DNA from: Cloacibacterium sp.
GTDB lineage: Bacteria > Bacteroidota > Bacteroidia > Flavobacteriales > Weeksellaceae
Length of the DNA stretch: 48,722 nucleotides
NCBI GenBank assembly: GCA_041909215.1
Contig: JAYRDY010000001.1
Span: 1 to 48,722, forward strand
Direction of reading: 5' to 3'
Shown one piece after another: positions 8,701-17,304 of this stretch (positions within the stretch are counted from its first letter, which is position 1; each line of letters starts with the position of its first letter). Under the pieces are notes generated by a model, which saw only the letters and a list, made by a program, of their open reading frames with translations, ran no database searches and had not been told where the DNA came from. Position numbers and translations under genes: made by a program.

Positions 8701-11693
8701 ATGAAAGTATAGATCAGCTGAATGTTCAGTTTCAGGTGGTGGCGTTTAACGATGTACAAACTGTTACAGAAAATGTAAAAATTTCATCAAATAAAAAACC
8801 TTTAAAGATAGAATTGGTAACGTTTAGAGATAAATTGCAACCGAATTCTAAAGAAAAATGGACGATAAAACTTTCTGGCGAAGACAAAGAAAAAGTAACC
8901 GCCGAAGTGTTAGCGAATATGTACGATAAATCTTTGGATCAATTTGCGGTAAATTCGTATTCTTGGCAAAGTCTGTATCAAAAACCATTTTGGTTTACAG
9001 ATTATCATATAAAAGATGGTTTAAATCAGAAATATTACAATAAAAGACTAAAATATTTCAATAATAAAGGCATTCAAAAACCACAATTTGATTGGTTTGA
9101 TGGAGGAATTACTTATCAATTAAAAGGAAGAGTTAATGGCCTTATTGTTACTGAAAGCGCAGTTCCTTCTGCAAATATTAAAATTAGAGGAATGGCTTCA
9201 ATGAAAGCAGAAGCGGTTACTGATGCTGTATATGAAAGTAGAACTGTAGATTCTGTTAAAACAAAAGATGTTGAGCAAGTTGTTGTATTGGGATATTCTA
9301 AAAGCAATACTAAACAGAGTTTAGACAAAATTCCAGTTCGCCAAAATCTAAATGAAACTGCATTTTTCTATCCCAATTTAATGACCGACAAAGATGGAAA
9401 TGTATCGTTTGAATTTACTTCTCCAGAAGCGCTTACCCAATGGAAAATGATGTTTCTAGCACACACTAAAGATGCACAAGCCGCAACTTTAGAAAAAACA
9501 GTGGTTACACAAAAAGAATTTTCGGTAACGCCGAATTATCCTAGATTTTTGAGAGAAGGTGATGAAATGGTTTTCAAATCGAAATTGAGCAATTTAACGA
9601 CTTTACCTCTTAAAGGTTTTGCGAAATTGCAAATTTTAGATGCTTTTACCAATGAAGATATTACCGAAAAATTTGGAATTAACCAGTTAAATGCTGCTGC
9701 TGGTTACAACGTAGAACAAGCATTTACACTCAATGCCAACGGAAGTACCACCGTTCAATGGAATGTAAAAGTTCCGAACGGAGTTTCTTCTATTATCATT
9801 AAAAATGTTGCCACTTCACAGTCATTAAGTTATCAGAATCAAAAATTTTCTGATGGTGAACAAAAAGCAATCGCTGTTCTTCCCAATAGAATGTTGGTGA
9901 CAGATGCCGTTCCTGTTTTTGTGAAGGAAGGACAAACCAAGACTTTTGTTTTAGAAAATCTTAAAAATAATACGTCTAAAACCGCAACCAATGTTTCTAA
10001 TACTTTAGAATTAACGACCAATCCAATTTGGGAAGTGATTTTTGCGTTGCCAAGTCTCAAAAATGATAACAATCTTTCTGCGGATGTGGTTTTCAATAAA
10101 TGGTTTGCAGATGTTTTGGCGTCTGAAATTTTTAAAGCCAATCCGAAAATGAAAACCGTTTTTGATGAATATCAATCTAAAGGTTTATTGAATTCAAATT
10201 TGGAGAAAAATCAAGAATTGAAACAATTATTGTTGGAAGAAACACCTTGGGTTTTAGATGCTAAAAACGAAACCGAACAAATGCAGAAATTGGCTAGATT
10301 GTTTGATGCAAATACGATGCGAAATTCTATCAATGATGATTGGAGCGAACTGAAAAAATTGCAAAATCCTGATGGTGGTTTTTCTTGGTACGCTGGTTAC
10401 CCAAGTTCGTACTACAATTCATTGTATATTTTGAAAAATTTAGGCAGAATTAATGATTGGTTGAAAGGAAATCTAGCAGATTATCAGTCTTCTGAACAAA
10501 AAGAAATGGTGGCGAATTTGGTGAAATATGTGGACAATGAAGTGAGCAGATATTTTGAAGTAAGAAAAGAAAATGTTTGGAGCAATTATGTTTTAGATTA
10601 TTTGGATACTCGTCATTATTGGGAAAAAGAATTTCCGTTAAAAGGTGATGGTAAGAAAATGAAAGATTTAGTCATTTCAAAAGCTAAAAAGGCAGAGATA
10701 AAAGACTTTACTTTCTTTGGTTTGCACAGAGCTGCATTACTTTTTGATGCGTATAATTTGAAAGACGTTTCTAAAAAATTGATGACGTATCTTAAAGAAA
10801 CTTCTGTACAAAGCGAAACGCAAGGTGTTTATTGGAAACAAAATCTCAACGATTGGGGTTGGTATTCTTCCAAAACGGTTAATCATGCAGGTGCTTTGGA
10901 GGCTTTCAATAAATTGACCACCAACCAAAATTTTGTGGAAGAAATGAAAATTTGGCTCATCACCCAAAAAGAAGTTTCCAATTGGGATACTTCTAGAAGT
11001 ACAGCCGAAGTGATTTATACCATTTTAAATTCAGGAAAATCTTGGACTTCTGCGGAAAATGATAAAGCCACGATAATTTGGGGAGGAAAAGATTTGGTAA
11101 ATCCTGATACAAAAGCAACTGGTTATGTGAAATCAGCGGTAAATTCAGATAGAATAGATAAAAATTTGGCAACCGTTACCATTACAAAACCAGGCGCAGG
11201 AATTGTACAAGGTGGTTTATTCTGGCAATATTATGAGGATTTAGACAAAATAAAATCTTCTGAAACATATATCTCTATCACCAAAGAATTATACAAAAGA
11301 GTGAAAACGGTAAATGGTGAAGAATTGCAGAAAATTACAGAAAATGCTCCACTGAAAATCGGGGATAAAGTAACGGTAAGAATGATTCTGAACACCGATA
11401 GAAATATGGAATTTATTCATTTGAAAGATATGAGAGCGGCAGGTTTTGAACCTTTAAATGTACTTTCTGGCTATCAATGGAAGAATAATTTGGGTTATTA
11501 TCAAGTCACCAAAGACGCTTCTACCAATTTCTACATAGAATATATGCCGAAAGGAAAATACGTTTTCGAGTACGATTATATTTGCAATGCAGCGGGAACG
11601 TTCAGCAACGGAATTACCACCATGCAGAATTATTACGCGCCACAAATGAATGCGCATACGCAAGGAACGAAGGTTTCAATTTCTGAAAACTAA
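5721..11693 (+). CDS. Bacterial alpha-2-macroglobulin family protein (MG2/A2M domains)
   Basis: 1990 aa; signal peptide MKA|Q; FLDREIYRPGQ, VEEYKRPKFEV, NETAFFYP, PRFLREGD, QNPDGGFSWY, YYAPQM motifs. Confidence 0.95.
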   Translation: MKNLTKILSLFILICFLSPMKAQKFYDDQWKKIAKNYESGQYKSNLPMILEIQNRAIKEDNTVQLIKSLKAEFSIVNLTEDDTKNDAASQFFKKLQTFDQKLNGEEKLVYQVLLGDFLKDYYDQNQWEINQRTNINTSASLSAEQDFAQIETWSKLDFKIFFAKHFTELSKQDLALQKILISKYAEIFNEVEDIAYFPAFFDYKSMQYIDYLQDNNYFTKNELKENQPKIIKIYDELIAKNSGNSKLYFQHQKLNDDCAFSSCKNKQEQLLALYDSSTEGDYKVLIAQEIISNFQQKQKFEDALSWVEKVKKAYPKSKFLENIKNQENQIKQPYVTIKFETSALANQPIHLVSEYKNTNQFSLNIYEVKDDYQGFLKYIYNSWQPENYTNLKKSLVRKENYDLPITVDYKAHKTSLEIKPLPSGIYVGEYLVEGKIQDKFYFIAANSRIIYQNKNDRKSLENQLKLVSRDHGKILPKENLEFYEFLQRQNIEKSSGSTDEKAVFNIPTSKNQDYYRTILVRQPKTNDFNLIQAYGNQYGEDFRKKDAEQAQIFLDREIYRPGQIVYFKVIATAFNASNNAEKVASNVKLNIVLEDVNGEEISKQTLTTNEFGSLNGSFTLPQGKLNGQFSIIVDSDDVKNLDFSGEKYFRVEEYKRPKFEVTFEPIKDEYKYGQTIELQGKAMMFSGVPLSNSTVNYEIKKHNIRWRYFWWYPRGNDNENSILGEAKTNEKGEFTIKLDLKKDENLEGIQVDNYEINASVTDINGETQSANTNIKVSSVSHYIALSEVKNDYFTDENVTVKVETKNYNDQVLKKNYTSRLLKLTSPERIFRTNFENEIQNLPVLSKADFVQKFPHDYFEKAEKENKVEVKLFERIENPNTKDQLPNTSLDLGKLSAGKYKLELFNIEGKDTIKTEKIFEVFDKAKLSDNQKPFLKVIPEKSEYNRTEKAKFYVYSAIPDALVNVYVQNGDGKTQFEQLPIKNGILVYETTLPKDESIDQLNVQFQVVAFNDVQTVTENVKISSNKKPLKIELVTFRDKLQPNSKEKWTIKLSGEDKEKVTAEVLANMYDKSLDQFAVNSYSWQSLYQKPFWFTDYHIKDGLNQKYYNKRLKYFNNKGIQKPQFDWFDGGITYQLKGRVNGLIVTESAVPSANIKIRGMASMKAEAVTDAVYESRTVDSVKTKDVEQVVVLGYSKSNTKQSLDKIPVRQNLNETAFFYPNLMTDKDGNVSFEFTSPEALTQWKMMFLAHTKDAQAATLEKTVVTQKEFSVTPNYPRFLREGDEMVFKSKLSNLTTLPLKGFAKLQILDAFTNEDITEKFGINQLNAAAGYNVEQAFTLNANGSTTVQWNVKVPNGVSSIIIKNVATSQSLSYQNQKFSDGEQKAIAVLPNRMLVTDAVPVFVKEGQTKTFVLENLKNNTSKTATNVSNTLELTTNPIWEVIFALPSLKNDNNLSADVVFNKWFADVLASEIFKANPKMKTVFDEYQSKGLLNSNLEKNQELKQLLLEETPWVLDAKNETEQMQKLARLFDANTMRNSINDDWSELKKLQNPDGGFSWYAGYPSSYYNSLYILKNLGRINDWLKGNLADYQSSEQKEMVANLVKYVDNEVSRYFEVRKENVWSNYVLDYLDTRHYWEKEFPLKGDGKKMKDLVISKAKKAEIKDFTFFGLHRAALLFDAYNLKDVSKKLMTYLKETSVQSETQGVYWKQNLNDWGWYSSKTVNHAGALEAFNKLTTNQNFVEEMKIWLITQKEVSNWDTSRSTAEVIYTILNSGKSWTSAENDKATIIWGGKDLVNPDTKATGYVKSAVNSDRIDKNLATVTITKPGAGIVQGGLFWQYYEDLDKIKSSETYISITKELYKRVKTVNGEELQKITENAPLKIGDKVTVRMILNTDRNMEFIHLKDMRAAGFEPLNVLSGYQWKNNLGYYQVTKDASTNFYIEYMPKGKYVFEYDYICNAAGTFSNGITTMQNYYAPQMNAHTQGTKVSISEN

Positions 11694-11750
11694 ATTTGAT
11701 TTGGTAAATGTTTTGTTTTTAATATATTGAAAATCAATTATATAAATTCT

Positions 11751-11766
11751 TTGGCATAAATATTGA
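11751..11766 (+). promoter_or_regulatory. Sigma-54-like -24/-12 element TTGGCATAAATATTGA upstream of ecotin
   Basis: GG-N10-GA spacing; IHF-like AAATCAA about 20 nt upstream. Confidence 0.45.
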
Positions 11767-11798
11767 CTGATTATTGATGAATTTATAAATATAAGAAT

Positions 11799-12368
11799 AT
11801 GAAAAATGTAAGATCAATTGCAACTTTGTTTGTGATATTATTATCAGTTGGAGTTTTCGCACAAAAGAAGACGGAAAAGTTTGAAAAATTACAAATAGAG
11901 ATGTTCCCTAAAGCCAAAGAAGGTTATAAACAAGTTTATATACAATTGCCTATTGAGAAAAATGAGAATAATCTAAAAGTAGAATTTTTTGTAGGCGTTG
12001 AAAAAAAATTAGACTGTAATAACTATTTTTTGATTGGAGAGTTGAAAGAACAAGACTTAGAAGGCTGGGGTTACAATTATTATGAAGTAGAATCTAAAGG
12101 AGAAATGGGAGGTACATTAATGGCTTGCCAAGATAAAAAGTTAACCAACAAATTTGTATCTCTAAAACCTCAAATCGTAAGATATAATAGTAAATTACCA
12201 TTGGTTTTTTATGTACCTAAAGATTTTGTTGTAAAATACAGAATTCTAAGAGCGGATTCAGGTTTCAAAATAGCCAAAGATAAATATGAAGACAGATTAC
12301 TTTTTAGAGTGCCAGATTTTACAATCTGGCGCTTTTTTTTGACAAATGTCAAAGGATGTGATGCTTAA
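11799..12368 (+). CDS. eco: Ecotin family serine protease inhibitor (with an apparent C-terminal read-through extension)
   Basis: Signal peptide VFA|Q; LDCN, LEGWGYNYY, reactive loop GTLMAC, RYNSKLPLVFYVP. Confidence 0.92.
   Translation: MKNVRSIATLFVILLSVGVFAQKKTEKFEKLQIEMFPKAKEGYKQVYIQLPIEKNENNLKVEFFVGVEKKLDCNNYFLIGELKEQDLEGWGYNYYEVESKGEMGGTLMACQDKKLTNKFVSLKPQIVRYNSKLPLVFYVPKDFVVKYRILRADSGFKIAKDKYEDRLLFRVPDFTIWRFFLTNVKGCDA
12306..12340 (+). terminator. Intrinsic terminator-like hairpin inside the 3' end of the ecotin ORF
   Basis: GTGCCAGATT-TTAC-AATCTGGCGC followed by T8. Confidence 0.65.
12339..12352. promoter_or_regulatory. Crp/Fnr-type palindrome TTGAC-AAAT-GTCAA upstream of the TolC operon
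   Basis: Perfect 5-4-5 inverted repeat 74 nt before the TolC ATG; a Crp/Fnr gene follows the operon. Confidence 0.55.
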
Positions 12369-12426
12369 CTGTCGGAAATTTGTACCACAATACACAATAA
12401 GAACACAATACAACAAAAAATCAAAA

Positions 12427-13833
12427 ATGAAGAATTTCAAGAAAATGGTAACTGTTGCTATCATTAGCTTTCCCTTTGTTTTTCAGGCTCAGTCTGCTCC
12501 CACATTAAAGGAGTTGGTAGATGCTGCAATGACAAAGGATGCTGCTATAGAGCAACAAAATTTAGAATCAAAATTAAATTCATTAGACTTACAAAAGCTG
12601 AAAGATGTTTTTCTTCCTAAAGTAGAAATTTCTGGGAAGGGAGGTTATCTCAATACAAGAGCAAATTTTATTTCGCCAGAAATCGCTATTCCTGCAATAA
12701 AACCTATTTTCCCAGGTGCCGTTTTTCCTGAAGGCTCTTTCAATAATAATTTTAATTTTTCAGGACTTTTTGGAGCTGCAAATGCTGAAGCCAAAGTTTT
12801 ATTGTATTCTGGCGGTAAAGTAAAGTATTTGAAAGAAGCTTTAACCGAAAAAGAAAATGCCAATAAAGCTATGCAAGTTAAAAATCAGGATGAGGTAATT
12901 ACTCAGATTTCTACGGCTTACGATCAGTTTGCTTTGGTAATAGAGTCTAAAAAAGTATTAGACGAAAGCAAAAAACGTCTTGATGCCAACAAGAAAACCG
13001 CTGAAAAAGCTCTTGGCTATGGACTGATTACGCCTTATGAATACAAAAAAATAGAATTGGCAGAGGCAACTTTAGATTCTAAAATGGTAGAATATGAGGG
13101 TAAAAAAGAATTGTTAATTACGTTACTCAATTTATTAACAGGGATTGATAAAGAAAGAATTGCACTCATCAATCCAAAATTAGAAAAAATAGAATATTTA
13201 GTAGCAGATACAGATATTAGCAATAGAACAGAATTAAGAGCGATTGACCATGGGATGAAAGCTATTGATGCTAAAATTAAAGCTGAAAAAACATGGTGGA
13301 TTCCTAAAGTTCAGGCATCTACATCGCTTGCTTATTTAGGTTTATACAATGCTAATATTTCTTCGTCTAAAGCGCTGATACCAGGTACAAATCAAAAATT
13401 GGATAGTGATTTAACCAATTTTAGTTTATTCCCAATTTTCCAGGCTGGTGTTGGTTTTAAATGGGATGTTTTTGATGGAAATGAAGGAAAACACGAAGTG
13501 GAAAAAGCCAAAATTGAAAAAGAAATTTTGGAAAGTAAAAAATCTGATGCTGTAAGAAAACTTCAACTGAATTTAGTGAACAATCAAACCAATTACAATA
13601 TTACAGATTCTCAGGTAGAAATGAAGGCAAAAGCGAAGCAGATTGCCAAAAATGCTTTAACACAAGCCGAAAAAGAATTTAGATACGGTTTAATTAAATC
13701 AACTCAACTAATAGAAGCTGAAAATGATTTAGAAAACACTGAGTTAGAATATCAAACGGCTATCTTCAACCAAAGAAGAGCAGCTATTGAGCTTATGAAA
13801 TCTACTCACAATTTATCTATAGAAAAACTTTAA
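12427..13833 (+). CDS. TolC family outer-membrane efflux protein
   Basis: Likely start MKNFKKMV at 12427, signal FQA|Q; FLPKVEISG, LLYSGGK, WDVFDG and helical repeats. Confidence 0.9.
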   Translation: MKNFKKMVTVAIISFPFVFQAQSAPTLKELVDAAMTKDAAIEQQNLESKLNSLDLQKLKDVFLPKVEISGKGGYLNTRANFISPEIAIPAIKPIFPGAVFPEGSFNNNFNFSGLFGAANAEAKVLLYSGGKVKYLKEALTEKENANKAMQVKNQDEVITQISTAYDQFALVIESKKVLDESKKRLDANKKTAEKALGYGLITPYEYKKIELAEATLDSKMVEYEGKKELLITLLNLLTGIDKERIALINPKLEKIEYLVADTDISNRTELRAIDHGMKAIDAKIKAEKTWWIPKVQASTSLAYLGLYNANISSSKALIPGTNQKLDSDLTNFSLFPIFQAGVGFKWDVFDGNEGKHEVEKAKIEKEILESKKSDAVRKLQLNLVNNQTNYNITDSQVEMKAKAKQIAKNALTQAEKEFRYGLIKSTQLIEAENDLENTELEYQTAIFNQRRAAIELMKSTHNLSIEKL

Positions 13834-13858
13834 TCCTAACAAATACAGATCATACATA

Positions 13859-14818
13859 ATGAAAACATATACATTAAAAACTTTAGTCTTAACAAGTATT
13901 TTATCTTTAGTAGCTTGTAAAAGTGATAAATCTGATGTAATTTTAGAAGGGAAAACCAAGAAAGAAATTGTGTCTTTCGCACCAAAAGTTACGGGCAGAA
14001 TCCTTAAAATTTATGTTGAAGAAGGGCAAACCGTAAAAGCAGGAGATACTTTGGCAATGTTAGATGTGCCAGAAGTTTCTGCAAAAATAGCGCAGGCAAA
14101 AGGTGCCACTGCAGCGGCAACAGCACAAGCGCAAATGGCGAAAAATGGTGCAACAGCAGACCAACTTCGTCAGTTAAAAGCAAAGCAAAAAGGTTTGGCA
14201 GAACAGTATGAATATGCTCAGAAATCCTTCAAAAGAGCACAGAATATGTATAAAGACAGTCTTTTATCGCCACAAAGTTATGACGAGATTTTCGCCAAAT
14301 TACAAGGTGCAAAAGCACAATATGATGCTGTTAATGCAGAATTGCACGATGTGGAAATGGGCACAAGAATTGAAAAAATAGAAATGGCTTTAGGGCAAGA
14401 AAATCAGGCAAGAGGTGCGCTTCAAGAAGCTAATGTAGCCTACTCAGAAAGATATGTTATTGCTACTAATGATATTGAAATTGAAACCATTACGCTAAAT
14501 GTTGGCGAATTGGCAACAGCAGGTTATGCTTTATTCAACGGTTATATCCCGAATACTACTTACTTTCGTTTTACCATCCCTGAAAGTAAAATTTCTAAAT
14601 ACCAAAAGGGGATGACGGTAAATATGAAATCTACCTACGGAAACCAAGAATTTTCGGGCAAAGTAGTTTCTATAAAACAACTCACAAAATATGCAGATAT
14701 TACTACGGCTTTCCCAGATTATCAGCCAGAAGATGCAGTTTATGAGATTAAAGTAATCCCAACAGATAGAGCAAAAGTGAATGCCCTTTTAGTAAATTCT
14801 AGCGTAACTTTAAAATAG
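13859..14818 (+). CDS. HlyD family membrane-fusion (periplasmic adaptor) lipoprotein
   Basis: Lipobox LVAC; KVTGRILKIYVEEGQTVKAGDTLA lipoyl-like motif; coiled-coil hairpin. Confidence 0.92.
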   Translation: MKTYTLKTLVLTSILSLVACKSDKSDVILEGKTKKEIVSFAPKVTGRILKIYVEEGQTVKAGDTLAMLDVPEVSAKIAQAKGATAAATAQAQMAKNGATADQLRQLKAKQKGLAEQYEYAQKSFKRAQNMYKDSLLSPQSYDEIFAKLQGAKAQYDAVNAELHDVEMGTRIEKIEMALGQENQARGALQEANVAYSERYVIATNDIEIETITLNVGELATAGYALFNGYIPNTTYFRFTIPESKISKYQKGMTVNMKSTYGNQEFSGKVVSIKQLTKYADITTAFPDYQPEDAVYEIKVIPTDRAKVNALLVNSSVTLK

Positions 14819-14840
14819 TCTTAACTCAAAAATTAATATA

Positions 14841-16043
14841 ATGAAACAGTTAAGATATCTCTTGCGACGAGAGTTTTATTTATTCTTTACGAATAAAACC
14901 ATGCTTTCGGTATTCTTTTTAGCGCCTATTTTGTACGCCCTTTTAATGGGGTTTACCTACAAAAGCGGTAAGGTTACCGATATTCCTGTAATTGTCGTAA
15001 ATCATGACAGAACGCCGCTTTCTAACCAAGTGGTAGATATGTTAGATGATAATAAAACGATAAAAGTTCTGAATTATGTAGATGAACCAGCTAATGTAAA
15101 AGATGAGGTGATAAAAACTGAAGCAGGAGCTGTTGTAATTATTCCCGAAAGATTTGAAGCGAATATGTTGCAGAAAAAATATCCTGAAATTAATGTTTAT
15201 GTAAATACTTCTAATGTTTTGACAGCCAACTTTGCTTCAAAAGCGATTCAGTTGACTTTAGGAACTTTTTCAGCTGGCGCAGAAATGAAAGCTTTGCAAA
15301 AAAAAGGAATGAATTCTGAACAGGCAAAAACCAACATAGAACCTTTCAAAGCAAATTATATCACGCTTTTTAACACCACCAGTAATTACTTGATTTTTAT
15401 GTGGCCTGCTTTGATGGCGGTAGTTTTGCAACAAGTGATTTTATTGGCAATGGCTGTAACTTTTTCCGAGGAATTTAAAAGAGATTCTTTCGTGAAAGAT
15501 TTTGCAGGGAAACATAAATACGCCATTTTGGTAATGGCAATCAAATGTTTACCAGTTTGGATTTTCTCTAATTTTAATATTTTAATTTTCTATTTGTGTA
15601 GTATTTATTTCAAAATTCCTGTACCAGAAAACGTTTGGAATTTCTTTTTAGTCACAGCGATTTTTGTAGTTGCGGCAACTAATTTAGGAGTTTTGGTGAG
15701 TATTTTGGTTCCAGATGCTTTGAAAGCGACACAAATTTTGATGGTAATTGCTTCACCAGCTTTTATTATCAGTGGTTTTACTTGGCCTACTTATGCGATG
15801 CCAGAATTTATAGCCAATTTCACCAAAATCATTCCTTTGACGCCGTATTTAGAAGCTTTGAAAATTATGGTTGTACAGCACGGTTCAGATTTTTTAACCC
15901 GAAAATATTTTTGGCATTTGTTTATTTTGGGTTGGGTTTATTTTATTTTAGGATGGATTGCTTTGAAGATAAAAATTCATTTATTATTCAAAGAATATCA
16001 TATTTCAGAAGATTATGACAGCCAAGAAATTGGTAATTCATAA
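14841..16043 (+). CDS. ABC-2 family transporter permease (YbhR/YbhS-like)
   Basis: N-terminal TM, periplasmic IPVIVVNHD domain, ISGFTWP and IPLTPY motifs. Confidence 0.9.
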   Translation: MKQLRYLLRREFYLFFTNKTMLSVFFLAPILYALLMGFTYKSGKVTDIPVIVVNHDRTPLSNQVVDMLDDNKTIKVLNYVDEPANVKDEVIKTEAGAVVIIPERFEANMLQKKYPEINVYVNTSNVLTANFASKAIQLTLGTFSAGAEMKALQKKGMNSEQAKTNIEPFKANYITLFNTTSNYLIFMWPALMAVVLQQVILLAMAVTFSEEFKRDSFVKDFAGKHKYAILVMAIKCLPVWIFSNFNILIFYLCSIYFKIPVPENVWNFFLVTAIFVVAATNLGVLVSILVPDALKATQILMVIASPAFIISGFTWPTYAMPEFIANFTKIIPLTPYLEALKIMVVQHGSDFLTRKYFWHLFILGWVYFILGWIALKIKIHLLFKEYHISEDYDSQEIGNS

Positions 16044-16075
16044 AGTTTTCAAAATTTTTTTTGATGTTTGTTTGT

Positions 16076-16107
16076 GGCGCTTCGGATTTTCTGAAGCGCT
16101 CTTTTTT
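16076..16107 (+). terminator. Intrinsic terminator of the TolC-HlyD-permease operon
   Basis: GCGCTTCGGA-TTT-TCTGAAGCGC then a T-rich tail; a TAAATTTG promoter follows at 16111-16118. Confidence 0.7.
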
Positions 16108-16137
16108 GTGTAAATTTGCTAGAAATTTTTTAGCATA

Positions 16138-16698
16138 ATGAAAATTCTGGAAGAACTTAAGAAGCACACCAATGTTGACAAGGAAATAGAAAAATTTCTT
16201 TTGGAAGAATGTGATAGAAAAATTTATCAAAAAGGAGAACTTTTAAGCAAGCAAAGTCAATACAATAATACTGTTTTCTTCGTAGAAGAAGGACTTCTAA
16301 GAATGTTTTACTACGAAAACGGAAAAGACATTACCACCAATTTTTATTCGGAGGGAAAAATAACGGCTAATATTGATACACTTTTCAAAAAAGAACCTAC
16401 AGTTTATAATATAGAAGCTCTAGAAAAATCTGAAATTGTAACGTGTAATTACCAAAAATTAGAAAATTTATGTTCCGTTTCTCTTACTGCAGCTAATTTT
16501 AGCAGGTATATTTTGGGAAATCTAATGATACAAATGTCTAAAAGAATTTCTTCTCTACAATTTATGACGGCTAAAGAAAAATATGCACAATTATTAGAAG
16601 AAAATCCTAATATTATTTTACGAGCACCTCTCGGAATGATTGCTTCTTACCTTGGTATTTCTCAGGAAACATTGAGTAGAATTAGAAGTGATATTTAG
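16138..16698 (+). CDS. Crp/Fnr family transcriptional regulator
   Basis: cNMP-binding fold (FFVEEGLLRMFY) and C-terminal HTH IASYLGISQETLSRIR. Confidence 0.93.
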   Translation: MKILEELKKHTNVDKEIEKFLLEECDRKIYQKGELLSKQSQYNNTVFFVEEGLLRMFYYENGKDITTNFYSEGKITANIDTLFKKEPTVYNIEALEKSEIVTCNYQKLENLCSVSLTAANFSRYILGNLMIQMSKRISSLQFMTAKEKYAQLLEENPNIILRAPLGMIASYLGISQETLSRIRSDI

Positions 16699-16789
16699 TT
16701 AAATACATTTTTAACTAAATTTTAGGAAAGATTTTTATTAAATAGAAATAAAAAAAATTAAATTTGATATTCTATAAATAATAAAAATT

Positions 16790-17245
16790 ATGCAAGACGT
16801 TTTTTCTGTAAATGACGCACAAAGTTACATTAATAGAATCAATAATCTAACTCCTGAAACTCAAAGAAAATGGGGTAAAATGAGCGTTTCTCAAATGTTA
16901 GCTCATTGTAATGTGGCTTATTCATTAACTTTCGAGCCAGAAAAACACAAGAAGCCAAGTTTTATTGCCAAATTTCTCTTATCCAAATTTGTAAAACCAA
17001 AAATCACTACCGAACACACTTACAAGCAGAATTTACCAACGAGTCCCGTTTTTATTGTTTCGGATGAAAGAGATTTTGAGCTAGAAAAGAAAAAACTCAT
17101 CGGAAATATTCAGCGAGTACAACAATTGGGAAGAGAAGCTTTCGAAGGAAAAGAACATATTAATTTTGGGAAAATAGATGCACAAGGTTGGAATAATATG
17201 TTTGCCAATCATCTCAATCATCATTTATCACAATTTGGAGTTTAA
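16790..17245 (+). CDS. DUF1569 / DinB-like protein
   Basis: WGKMSVSQMLAHC and HLNHHLSQFGV metal-binding His motifs; TAAATTTG promoter at 16759-16766. Confidence 0.85.
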   Translation: MQDVFSVNDAQSYINRINNLTPETQRKWGKMSVSQMLAHCNVAYSLTFEPEKHKKPSFIAKFLLSKFVKPKITTEHTYKQNLPTSPVFIVSDERDFELEKKKLIGNIQRVQQLGREAFEGKEHINFGKIDAQGWNNMFANHLNHHLSQFGV

Positions 17246-17248
17246 AGA

Positions 17249-17303
17249 AAGTCGGAAGTCGGAAGTCCGAAGATTTAAAAAATGTAAATCATCAATCATC
17301 AAT
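17249..17303. repeat. Heptamer tandem repeats (AAGTCGG x3; AATCATC x2)
   Basis: Directly visible 7-bp periodicity right after the stop codon. Confidence 0.6.
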
Positions 17304-17304
17304 T

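Noticed and set aside
12346-12426. N-terminal extension of TolC given in the ORF track
   Set aside because: It overlaps the operator and promoter; the signal peptide begins at ATG 12427
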